64,000 nt of DNA from an uncultured Solirubrobacterales bacterium (GTDB taxonomy: Bacteria > Actinomycetota > Thermoleophilia > Solirubrobacterales > Solirubrobacteraceae), in assembly GCA_963795745.1 (NCBI GenBank), contig CAWCIT010000008.1, forward strand, positions 184,232-248,231. Direction: 5' to 3'. Each line of letters starts with the position of its first letter. The first letter of the stretch is position 1. A program made the position numbers and the translations under genes. The notes below the pieces were generated by a model, which worked only from the letters and a program-made list of their open reading frames with translations, made no database searches and had not been told where the DNA came from. Positions 16,467 to 24,844 of the stretch are shown here, piece after piece.

Positions 16467-18026
16467 TCAGGCGAGCGGCACGGCCAGGAGCGTGGCCTGC
16501 GGCGCGGCGCTGCCCTGCGGCGTCAGCTCGGTGACGTAGGCACCGGTGGGGCTCAGCGCCGTGGTCCACAGGCTGACGTGCGTCCGCGGCGCCCGCGGAG
16601 GCGGGCAGCGACTCGGCTCGCTGCCCTGGCTCGTGTGCCCCGGCTCGTGCCCCGCGTCGCGCGAGGAGACGCCGCCGATGCGCAGCAGCACGCGCGCCCC
16701 GATGGCCGTCTGCGCCGACCCGAGGACCAAGCGCTGGTCGCAGTAGGTCGCCCGCTCGTAGAGGAGCCGGTTGCCGAGCAGCGCCGGGTTCAGGAGCTGA
16801 CTCACACCCGACTGGCGCAGCACCTGCCGCCGACCGCTCTGCAGGTCGATCTCGACGATCCGGCTCCCCCGGGGCCCGTTGATCGCGACCACCACCCGGC
16901 TGCCGTCGAGCCCGGGCCGGCCGAGGTCGACCGCCGACGGCTCGGCCGCGACCACGGTCATCGGCGCCAGGGCCGGCAACGGGAAGGCGAACAGCACCTG
17001 GCGCGCGGTCGCGTCCGTCGCCCGGACCACGAGCCAGCCGGCCGAGACCGCGAGCTGCTCGACCGTTCCCGGGACGGTGACCCGGCCGATCGTCGCGCCG
17101 GTGCCGGTGCCGGCGGCGGCGCCGGCGCCGGCGCCGGCGGTGATCACCGTCACCTGCGAGCCGGCGAGAAGCGCCAGGTTCCCGCCGCCGAGCGCCGGGT
17201 CGGCTCCGCTCAGGGCCCGCGGCGGCGCCCCCGACGCGTCGAGCGCCATTCCGGCGCCGCTGGCCGGCGCCTCCCAGGCGAGCAGGTCGCCGCTCACCGT
17301 CGGATCGGTCGCCCCGACGGCCACCGGCGTCACCGCCGCCACGGCGCTCCCCGCCGCGGGCCCGATGGCCAGCGCCGCGGCGCACAGCAGCAGCAGCGCG
17401 CCGTCGAGGCGACGCAGCCACGCCAGCACCACCGGCCGCTCGGCCATCAGCTCGGCGTAGCGGACCGCCCGCACGCCGTCGATCCACGGCGCGAGCGCGA
17501 CCACCGGCAGCGCCCGCCCGGCGCCGAAGGCCACGCCGATCGCGAGGCCGGCGCCCGGGTCGCCGAGCGCCACGCACAGGCCGGCCAGAACCCACACGGC
17601 CATGGTCAGGACGAAGGTCGTGAAGCCCAGCCCCAGCAGCACGCCGTAGAGGCCGCCGGCCACCGGGAGCGGCATCACCCGCCGCCAGTGCTCCGGCACC
17701 TGGCGGCGCACCTGGGGCACGACCCGCACCCCCCGAGCCTCGCCGACCGCCGCCGCCGCGGCGACCGCCACCGCCGCTGCCGTCGCCGCCGGCCGCGCGT
17801 CCCCGCCCCCCAGCGCCCGGCCGAGCAGGGACAGGACGGTGAAGGTCGCCGCGCCCCCGGCCACCGCGCCGGCGGCAAACGTGACGCACGCGGCGAACGT
17901 CGTGCGCCGTCCCCCGGTGTGGCCGGTCGGACCGAGCGTGCTCAGCATCGAGAACCCGCACGGCGACCAGGTGCCGGTCACGCCGGCGGCGAACGCGGTG
18001 GTGGCCAGGATGACGGTGACTAGCAC
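16467..18026 (-). CDS. DsbD_2/CcdA-type (MauF-like) polytopic membrane protein fused to an extracytoplasmic beta-propeller-like domain
   Basis: The N-terminal half has multiple TM helices with a WSPCGF motif in the first helix, as in CcdA/DsbD_2-type thiol-disulfide transporters. The C-terminal ~250 aa has a recurring strand motif (VSGDLLAW, SAGWLVVR, DGSRVVVA, GNRLLYE), as in TolB-like propellers. GTG 18026 overlaps the upstream TAG by 7 nt. The first 50 codons of the tracked ORF are a run-on into the upstream gene. Confidence 0.6.
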   Translation of the reverse strand: MLVTVILATTAFAAGVTGTWSPCGFSMLSTLGPTGHTGGRRTTFAACVTFAAGAVAGGAATFTVLSLLGRALGGGDARPAATAAAVAVAAAAAVGEARGVRVVPQVRRQVPEHWRRVMPLPVAGGLYGVLLGLGFTTFVLTMAVWVLAGLCVALGDPGAGLAIGVAFGAGRALPVVALAPWIDGVRAVRYAELMAERPVVLAWLRRLDGALLLLCAAALAIGPAAGSAVAAVTPVAVGATDPTVSGDLLAWEAPASGAGMALDASGAPPRALSGADPALGGGNLALLAGSQVTVITAGAGAGAAAGTGTGATIGRVTVPGTVEQLAVSAGWLVVRATDATARQVLFAFPLPALAPMTVVAAEPSAVDLGRPGLDGSRVVVAINGPRGSRIVEIDLQSGRRQVLRQSGVSQLLNPALLGNRLLYERATYCDQRLVLGSAQTAIGARVLLRIGGVSSRDAGHEPGHTSQGSEPSRCPPPRAPRTHVSLWTTALSPTGAYVTELTPQGSAAPQATLLAVPLA

Positions 18027-18589
18027 TTGATGCCCGTGTCGTAGTAGTAGGTGCAGAAGACCGCCCGGCCGGCGTAGCAGTAGCCGGTCAGTGCGGCATC
18101 GCCGTTGATGCGCACGGTCGAGTACGAGCAGCAGTCGAGCAGCCGCCGTACGTTGCCGCCGCAGCACCGATACCACGAGCCGTCTACGTAGGTCTTGAAG
18201 TGGAAGCGCTCCGGGATCGCGTCCAGGCAGACCCGGCTGCGCGGCGCCGGCGGCAGCGGCCGGCCGACCGGGTCGACCAGGACCTGTCCGCCCGCGTCGA
18301 CCGCGTGGCCGGCGGCGTTGACCGGCCGGCCGAGGTCGTCGACCGGATGGCCGTCGCGCGCCCGCAGCGGCCGGCCGCGGGCGTCGACCCGGGGCAGCCC
18401 CGTCGGGTGCGGGCAGCTGGCCGTCGTGTAGATGTGGCCACAGAAGTGGAAGGCCTCGGCCGCCGGCGGCCGGGCGAGCCGGCTGCCGCCGGCGGCGGCG
18501 ACGACAGCCGCCCCGACCCGCGCGATGAAGCCCCGCCGCGACGTCGTCCGCGCGACGGCCAGGCCGAGCCCGGGGTCAGCCTTCGGCAT
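18020..18589 (-). CDS. Tat-exported Cys-rich protein, methylamine-dehydrogenase-light-chain (MauA)-like
   Basis: Twin-arginine signal TSRRGFIARVGAAVVAAAGG. The mature part has 10 Cys in MauA-like spacing (FCGH..SCPHP; SWYRCCGG....LDCC; GYCYAG..VFCTYYYD..KC). Compare MADH-L ...AYRDCCG...CPC...IWCFG...YHCT, quoted from memory. A Gly/Arg/Pro/Asp-rich insert with repeated D..GRP[VL] motifs separates the Cys clusters. Confidence 0.6.
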   Translation of the reverse strand: MPKADPGLGLAVARTTSRRGFIARVGAAVVAAAGGSRLARPPAAEAFHFCGHIYTTASCPHPTGLPRVDARGRPLRARDGHPVDDLGRPVNAAGHAVDAGGQVLVDPVGRPLPPAPRSRVCLDAIPERFHFKTYVDGSWYRCCGGNVRRLLDCCSYSTVRINGDAALTGYCYAGRAVFCTYYYDTGIKC

Positions 18590-19466
18590 GGCTCAGCGCC
18601 GCTCGTCGCTCGGCGGTGGCCAGCATGCCCTCGAGTTGGCCCCCGCTGTTGAACGCCCCCTTGGCCAGGACGGTGCCGGCCCGGTCGAGGACCAGCGCGT
18701 ACGGGCTTCCCGGAACTTCGAGCGCCCGCCAGACGTCGTCGTCGGCGTGCTCGTCGAAGCTCAGCATCGACACGAACGGGTCGCGCCCCAGCCAGTCGAG
18801 GGCCGGCTCCAGCGCCCGGCAGAGGGGGCAGCCAGCGGAGGAGAAGACGGCCAGCGCGAGCTTGACGTCGCCGTCGAGGGCGAAGCGTCCGATCAGCGGG
18901 ACCCGGCGACCGAGCGGCGGCCCCTCGTCGGCCAGCTCGAGCGCCAGCTGCGGTCCGAGACGCAGGCGCAGCTCGCCGATCTCCCGGGCGAGCGCGACGG
19001 TGACCACGCCGACGGCGGCCACACCGACCAGGGCGAGGACCAGGCCGGCGGCCAGCCACCCCACGGTCGAGACCGGGGCCCGCGTCACCGACGGCAGCCC
19101 GGCGTACGCGGCCGCCAGGGCGAGATCGCGGGCCACCGCCCGGCGGCTGACCGTCGCCCGCGCGCCGAAGCACGCGCACGGCGCGCCCGTCCCCCCGCGG
19201 CCGATGACCACGGCCAGCGCGAGCCCGAAGGCCGCCATCGCCGCGGCGGCGGCGTAGGCGCCCGCGCGGCTGCCGGCGGCCACGCCCGCGGCCAGCCCCA
19301 GCTCGGCGGCGACGAGCGCCGCCAGCGCCGCCGCCTGCGCGCGCCGCGGCCGGATCCCGAACGTGGCCAGGGCGGACGCGCTGCGCCCCGGGCTGGTCAG
19401 CTTGGCGGCGGCGCTCGCCGCCAGCACGCCGGCGAGCAGCCAGGCCGCAGCCGCATGCGGGCTCAC
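18576..19466 (-). CDS. MauE/DoxX-type membrane protein fused to a thioredoxin-like (MauD/TlpA-like, CPLC) domain
   Basis: The N-terminal TM domain has the MauE hallmark GAPCACFG. The C-terminal domain has LAVFSSAGCPLCRALEP (CxxC) and a thioredoxin-fold-like end, YALVLDRAGTVLAKG. GTG 19466 was chosen because the giant upstream gene stops at 19546. The tracked start at 19628 would overlap it. Confidence 0.7.
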   Translation of the reverse strand: MSPHAAAAWLLAGVLAASAAAKLTSPGRSASALATFGIRPRRAQAAALAALVAAELGLAAGVAAGSRAGAYAAAAAMAAFGLALAVVIGRGGTGAPCACFGARATVSRRAVARDLALAAAYAGLPSVTRAPVSTVGWLAAGLVLALVGVAAVGVVTVALAREIGELRLRLGPQLALELADEGPPLGRRVPLIGRFALDGDVKLALAVFSSAGCPLCRALEPALDWLGRDPFVSMLSFDEHADDDVWRALEVPGSPYALVLDRAGTVLAKGAFNSGGQLEGMLATAERRAALSHAEG

Positions 19467-19545
19467 GCCCCGAGACCTCCCGCACCACCGCCGGCCATCG
19501 GCCCGAGGATAAGGCATACCCCCGGCTTCGCCGGCGGCGATCGGC

Positions 19546-22500
19546 TCAGGGAGCCTTGGCCAGGTAGCTGCGCCCCGCCCGCAGCACGATCTGGCGCCGG
19601 GTGCGGAGGTTGGTGACCGCGACCACACCGCGCTGCACGGCCGTCAGCGTCCCGTCGCAGCGATCCGTCGTCGTCCACATCGTCCCGCGCACCGTCGCCG
19701 CGCTGTAGCGCCCGCGGGTGCGGAACTTCCCCTTGACGTTCGCCCGCAGCAGGGCCAGGACCGTCTTGGGCAGCGCCTTGGCGGCCGCCGTCTGCGCCTG
19801 GCCGACCTGGCCAACCTTGCCGACCTTGGGGACCTTGCCCGCCGCACACCTGCGCGCCGCGGTGCTCCGGAGCACGAGCCTCAGCTCGCTCAGCCCGCGC
19901 TCCTTGCGGTTCTGGAGGAGCTTGAACAGGCCGCCGCCGAAGTTGCCCGCCTGCGTCTGACCCTTGGTCGCGGTCGCCGTGGTCAGCCGGGCCACCCCGC
20001 TCGTCGTGTCGAAGATCGTGCCCACCGGCAACTGGCGCGCCTCGGTCAGCGGCACGAAGCCCACGCCCTTGGCCGCGCTGGTGTGCGCCGAGGCGACGTG
20101 GCCGGTCCCCGGGACGAGCACGTAGACGACCCCGCTGACCGTCGCCGCGTCGACCGACTTGCCGAGCACCGGCGGACCCGGCGGCGGATCGACCGCCGTC
20201 TGGAACGCGGCGTCCCCGCCGCTCGCCACGCCGAGCGCGTTGCTGGCCACGGCCTTCACGTGGTAGGCGCTGTTGGGCAGGAGCCGGGCCACCACGGCCT
20301 TGACCACGTGGTCGGCGAAGTCCGACCCGACGACCTGCTCCGGCGTCGTCGCCGCGTAGGAGACCGCCGCCGCGGTCGCCGGCGCCCCGCTGGCCACGGT
20401 GTACTCGAAGTGCATCGTCGTCGGCGCTCCGCCCGGGTTGATCACGGCCGAGAACTCGACGCTCGTGCTGTTGATGACCTTCGGCGGCCCGGTCACCACC
20501 GTCGCCGCGCGCGGTGTCCCGGTGGGACCGCTGGGACCACTCGGCCCGGCGGGACCGGGGGGACCGGGCGAGCCGCCGACGTAGGTGAACTGGTCGCCCG
20601 CGCCGGCCGGGCTCGTGCCCGACGGTGTGGTCACGGTCACGTCGACGGTGCCCGTGCCGGCCGGCGCGGTGGCCGTGATCTGGGTCGGCCCGTCGACGGT
20701 GAACTGCGCCGGCGCGGCGCCGAAACGGACGAAGCTCGCGCCGGTCAGCCCGGTCCCGGTGATCGTGACCACCGTCCCCCCGGCCGCCGGCCCCGACGTC
20801 GGGCTGATCGCGGTGACCGCCGGCGCCGGCAGCGGGGTCCCGTAGGCGTAGTGGTCGGCGGCGCCCTTCGTGCTCGTCCCGGAGGGCGTCGTCACGGTCA
20901 CGTCGACGGTTCCGGTCCCGGGGGGCGCGACCGTGGTCAGCTGGGTTCCGTCCGCGCTCACGCCGACCACGGGTGCCGGCGCCGAGCCGAAATGCACCGA
21001 GGTCGCGCCGGTGAAGCCGGTGCCGCTGATCACCACGCCGTTGCCGCCGGCCGCCGGGCCCGACGCCGGCGTGACCGCGGTCACCAGCGGTGGCCCGGTG
21101 GGGGGCGCGACGTAGGCGTAGGCGTCGGGCGCCGTGGTCGGGCTCGTCCCGGCCGGGGTCGTCACCCGGACGTCGACGGTGCCGCTGCCGGCCGGCGCGG
21201 TCGCCGTGATCTGGCTTGGGCTCGTGACCGTGAACGCGGTCGCCGGCGTTCCCCCGAAGCTGACGCCGGTCGCTCCGGCGAAGCCCGTCCCGGTGATCGT
21301 CACCGTCGTGCCCCCGGCCTGCGGCCCGGAGATCGGGCTCAGTCCGGTGACCGCCGGCGCCGGCGCGCTGACCACGACCGCCTCGGTCGGGTCCGCGCAG
21401 GCCGTGGTCGAGGTCGGGTAGTTGCCGTCGCCGCTGTAGGTCGCGACGACCCGGTAGGTGCCGGCCAGCGTCGGCGTGAAGCTGTCCGACGCCGCCGCGG
21501 TGCCGCCCCGGGTCAGTGCGTTGGTCGAGGTGAACACGGGCGCCGCGCTGCACGTGGCGTCGGCCGGCCCGAAGACCGCGAACGTCACCGTGCCCGTCGG
21601 TGCCGCCGCGCCCGCCGGCGCCGGCCCGAGCGTGGCGGCATCGTTGAACGACGCGCCGAGCGCGATCGCCTCCGGCCCGGCGTCGGTGGTCAGCGCGAGC
21701 GCCGTCGCCCGGCCGACCGCGGCCGCCTCGGCCGGATCGGCGCACGCCGATGTCGAGGGGGTGTAGTCGGCGTCGCCGGCGTAGCTCGCAATCACCCGGT
21801 AGGTCCCGGCGCTCGACGGCGTGAAGCGGCCCGAGGTCGCCGAGTTCCCGTCGGCGCCGAGCGGGTTGATCGACGTGAACACCGGCGTGGCCGCGCACGT
21901 CGGATCGCCCGGGCCGTAGACCTGGAAGGTCACGCTCCCGCTCGGCGCCGCCGCCCCGGCCGGCACCGGGCCGAGGCTGGCGGTGTCGGCGAACGAGCCG
22001 CCGAGGGCGAGCGAGGCCGGGGCCACCGCGGTCGCCAGGACCAGCGGCGCCCGACCGACGGTGACCGTCTCGCCCGGATCGCCGCACGAGGACGCGGACG
22101 GCAGGTAGTTGGCGTCGCCGCCGTAGGCGGCGACCACCCGATAGGCGCCGGTCCGCGCCGGCGTGAAGCTGCTCGACGTCGCCGACCCGCCGCTGAGCGC
22201 CGCGGTCGCCGTCAAGGCCGGCGCCGACGCGCAGGCCGGGTCGGAAGGGCCGTAGACGTTGAACGTCACCGTCCCGGTCGGCGCCGGCGCCCCGCCCGCC
22301 GGCGGTGCGACCGTGGCCGTGTCGTGGAAGGCGCCGCCCAGGGCGATCGTCGCCGGCGCGACCGCCGTGGCCACCGGCAGGCTCGCCCGGCCGACCACCT
22401 CGGCCTCGGCCGGATCCGCGCATGTCGACGCGGACGCGAGGTAGCTCGCATCGCCGGAGTAGCTCGCGATCACCCGGTAGGTCCCGGGCGCGGTCGGCGA

Positions 22501-24732
22501 GAAGTCGGAGGAGACCGCGGTCGTCCCGGAGGGGTCGACCGCATTGGTCGAGGTGAACAGCGGCGTCGCGGCGCACGTCGGGTCGGCCGGGGCGTAGACG
22601 TTGAAGGTCACGGTGCCCGTCGGCGGCCCCCCGCCCGCGGGCGGGCTGAGCGTCGCGGTGTCGTGGAACGCTCCGCCCACGGCGATCGGAGTCGGCGCGA
22701 CCTGGGTGGCGATGGCGAGCCCCGTCCGGGCGACGGTCACGCGTTCGCTCGGGTCCCCGCACGACGAGGTGGCCGAGTTGTAGTTCGCGTCGCCGCTATA
22801 GGTCGCGACCACCACGTAGGTGCCCGCCGCCGCCGCGGTGAAGGCGCCGGAGGTCACCGACGGGCTGTCGACGAGCGGGACGGTGGAGCTGAAGACCGGG
22901 GACGAGGCGCACTGGGAGTCGTTCAGGTAGACGTCGAAGGTGACCGTCCCGGTCGGTGGCGGCGCGCCCTCGAACGGCGAGCCCACGGTGGCGCGGTCCT
23001 GGAAGCTGCCGCCGACGGCGATCGCGGCCGGCGTGGCCAGCGTGGTGAGCGTCGGCTGCGCCGGATTGACCGTGACCGACTCGGCCGGGTCGCTGCACAC
23101 CGACGCCGAGGGCTGGTAGTTCGCATCGCCGCTGTAGGTCGCGATCACCTGGTAGGTCCCGGCGGCGGTCGGGAAGAAGTTCGTCGACGCCGCTGAGGTT
23201 CCCGCGGCGTTGACCGGATTGGTCGAGGTCAGGACCGGGCTCGCGGTGCATGCCGGGTCACCCGGGCCGTACACGTCGAAGGTCACCGACCCGGTCGGCG
23301 CGGCTGCCCCGGCGACGGCGGGTCCGAGCGTGGCCGTGTCCTGGAAGTTGGCGCCGAGCGTGATCGAGGCTGGCGCGACCTGCGTGGCGATGGCCAGCGG
23401 CGCCGGGCTGACCGTGACCGCCTCGGCCGGGTCGGCGCAGAGCGAGGCCGACGCCGTGTAGTTGGCGTCGCCGCTGTAGCTGGCCACCACCCGATAGGTG
23501 CCGGCGCCCGTCGGCGTGAAGTCGCTCGACGCGGCCATCGTCCCCGACGCGGTGAGCGGGTCGGTCGAGGTGAAGACGGGCGCCGCCGCGCACGACGGGT
23601 CCGCCGGGCCGTAGACGTTGAAGGTGACCGTCCCGGTCGGCGCCGGCACCCCGGCCGGGGCGGGACCGAGCGTCGCGTCGTCGTGGAAGGTGGAGCCCAG
23701 GCCGATCGTCTCCGGCGTCACGTCGGTCGTCACGGCCACCGTCGCCGGGCCGACGCTCACCGACTCCCCCGGGTCGCCGCACGTCGTCGAGGTCGGGCCG
23801 TAGTTGGCGTCGCCGCTGTAGGTGGCGATCACGTCGTAGCCGCCCTGGGTGGTCGGGGTGAACGGGTCGGAGACCGCCGTGGTCCCGGCGGCGTCGACCG
23901 GGTTGGTCGAGCTGAAGACCGAGGAGGTGTCGCAGGAGCTGCCGGTCGGATAGACGACGAACGTGACCGTCCCGGTCGGCGTCGCCGCCCCCGCCGTCGG
24001 GCTCAGGGTCGCCGTGTCCTGGAACGGCGAGCCGACGCCGATCGCCGGCGGGGCGACCTGCGTGGCGATCGGGAGGGCGCCCGGCGAGACCGTGACCTGG
24101 TTGGACGAGCTGCCGCTGCCGGTGACCTGGTCGGTCGCGGTGCCTTGGGCGAAGCCGGCCTGTTCGGTCTGGATGCCGCTCGCGTCGGGGTTCGCGTCGC
24201 CGGCCGGCATCCGGACCACGTCGACGGTGAAGTCGATCACGCACGTCGTGTTCCCGGAGCCGCTGGCCGGACCGAGGACGACGGGGGCGGACGGCGTGAA
24301 CTGAACCTTGCCCTGCAAGGCGTCGACCACCGCGATCGTGAACGTCGTCCCGGCGCAGGCCGTGCCCGCCTCACCGACGCCGGTCGCGCTGAGGCGCAGC
24401 ACCCCGGGGTCCGTCCGCCCCGGCGGGCAGTCGGCGCCGGAGGGGAAGGTGGTGCAACTCGGGACGAGGGTGATCGTGCCGAGCGTGACCGGCAGGGTGT
24501 CCTCGGGCGGGCTCGACTGGTTGGAGATCGTCAGCGTCTCGAGAACCGCGGACTGCCCGACCCTGAGGGAATTGCCACTGGGGATGCTCGGAGCGGCGCT
24601 CAACCCGACGGTGGCCCAGGCCGGGCCGGCGGCCACGCCGAGGAACGCGCCGAGAACCACCAGCGCCAGTACGACCGCGCGCCAGCGGAGAAGCCCCACC
24701 CCGTCGCCGCCCCCCTCCCGCATCGCCCGCAT
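19546..24732 (-). CDS. Giant secreted surface/adhesin-like protein (1728 aa): signal peptide, Cys-containing N-domain, 8 Ig-like (Big_3-type) repeats, 3 IPT/TIG domains, a short collagen-like GXY run, an FN3-like domain and a conserved C-terminal module
   Basis: Signal peptide: RWRAVVLALVVLGAFLGVAAGPAWA. There are eight ~113-aa repeats, each ending YSGDANY..S..C.DP.E.V.V. Three IPT/TIG units have the form SGP.AGGT.VTITGTGF.GA..V.FG...TVDVTVTTP.GTS. The collagen-like run is GPPGPAGPSGPSGPTG. GAGGGA lies 7 nt upstream of ATG 24732. Confidence 0.85.
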   Translation of the reverse strand: MRAMREGGGDGVGLLRWRAVVLALVVLGAFLGVAAGPAWATVGLSAAPSIPSGNSLRVGQSAVLETLTISNQSSPPEDTLPVTLGTITLVPSCTTFPSGADCPPGRTDPGVLRLSATGVGEAGTACAGTTFTIAVVDALQGKVQFTPSAPVVLGPASGSGNTTCVIDFTVDVVRMPAGDANPDASGIQTEQAGFAQGTATDQVTGSGSSSNQVTVSPGALPIATQVAPPAIGVGSPFQDTATLSPTAGAATPTGTVTFVVYPTGSSCDTSSVFSSTNPVDAAGTTAVSDPFTPTTQGGYDVIATYSGDANYGPTSTTCGDPGESVSVGPATVAVTTDVTPETIGLGSTFHDDATLGPAPAGVPAPTGTVTFNVYGPADPSCAAAPVFTSTDPLTASGTMAASSDFTPTGAGTYRVVASYSGDANYTASASLCADPAEAVTVSPAPLAIATQVAPASITLGANFQDTATLGPAVAGAAAPTGSVTFDVYGPGDPACTASPVLTSTNPVNAAGTSAASTNFFPTAAGTYQVIATYSGDANYQPSASVCSDPAESVTVNPAQPTLTTLATPAAIAVGGSFQDRATVGSPFEGAPPPTGTVTFDVYLNDSQCASSPVFSSTVPLVDSPSVTSGAFTAAAAGTYVVVATYSGDANYNSATSSCGDPSERVTVARTGLAIATQVAPTPIAVGGAFHDTATLSPPAGGGPPTGTVTFNVYAPADPTCAATPLFTSTNAVDPSGTTAVSSDFSPTAPGTYRVIASYSGDASYLASASTCADPAEAEVVGRASLPVATAVAPATIALGGAFHDTATVAPPAGGAPAPTGTVTFNVYGPSDPACASAPALTATAALSGGSATSSSFTPARTGAYRVVAAYGGDANYLPSASSCGDPGETVTVGRAPLVLATAVAPASLALGGSFADTASLGPVPAGAAAPSGSVTFQVYGPGDPTCAATPVFTSINPLGADGNSATSGRFTPSSAGTYRVIASYAGDADYTPSTSACADPAEAAAVGRATALALTTDAGPEAIALGASFNDAATLGPAPAGAAAPTGTVTFAVFGPADATCSAAPVFTSTNALTRGGTAAASDSFTPTLAGTYRVVATYSGDGNYPTSTTACADPTEAVVVSAPAPAVTGLSPISGPQAGGTTVTITGTGFAGATGVSFGGTPATAFTVTSPSQITATAPAGSGTVDVRVTTPAGTSPTTAPDAYAYVAPPTGPPLVTAVTPASGPAAGGNGVVISGTGFTGATSVHFGSAPAPVVGVSADGTQLTTVAPPGTGTVDVTVTTPSGTSTKGAADHYAYGTPLPAPAVTAISPTSGPAAGGTVVTITGTGLTGASFVRFGAAPAQFTVDGPTQITATAPAGTGTVDVTVTTPSGTSPAGAGDQFTYVGGSPGPPGPAGPSGPSGPTGTPRAATVVTGPPKVINSTSVEFSAVINPGGAPTTMHFEYTVASGAPATAAAVSYAATTPEQVVGSDFADHVVKAVVARLLPNSAYHVKAVASNALGVASGGDAAFQTAVDPPPGPPVLGKSVDAATVSGVVYVLVPGTGHVASAHTSAAKGVGFVPLTEARQLPVGTIFDTTSGVARLTTATATKGQTQAGNFGGGLFKLLQNRKERGLSELRLVLRSTAARRCAAGKVPKVGKVGQVGQAQTAAAKALPKTVLALLRANVKGKFRTRGRYSAATVRGTMWTTTDRCDGTLTAVQRGVVAVTNLRTRRQIVLRAGRSYLAKAP
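21367..24081 (-). repeat. Array of 8 diverged ~340-bp coding repeats (Ig-like domain repeats) within the giant protein gene
   Basis: A periodic protein motif, PTGTVTF.VYGP.DP.C....VFTSTN...GT.....F.PT..GTY.V.A.YSGDANY, recurs about every 113 aa between residues ~218 and ~1122. Confidence 0.8.
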
Positions 24733-24844
24733 GCCGCTGTCCCTCGCGCCTGTCCCGCCAGCCGATCGATCCCCAAGCCGGGCGCCGCAGAGGCGCCCTG
24801 CGCGATCATACGCCCGAGCGGAGCGACCGGCGCCGACGCCCCGA

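Noticed and set aside
20530-20580. A collagen-like GPPGPAGPSGPSGPTG stretch in the giant protein as a possible collagen triple-helix domain
   Set aside because: It has only about five or six G-X-Y triplets, too short for a stable collagen-like domain. It is more likely a flexible linker between the IPT and FN3-like modules.
19463-23196. The 1099-aa (19463..22762 -) and 1037-aa (20083..23196 +) ORFs, and many 60-330-aa ORFs overlapping the giant gene
   Set aside because: All are Arg/Gly/Asp-rich translations of alternative frames of the periodic Ig-repeat gene. The 19546..24732 frame alone gives a signal peptide and recognisable Ig/IPT domain periodicity.
24805-24810. TATGAT (minus strand) between the two giant genes as an internal promoter -10
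   Set aside because: It is a good -10-like hexamer, but no acceptable -35 lies at 16-19 nt. The region is also inside the run-on reading frame of the upstream gene. I left it as unsupported.
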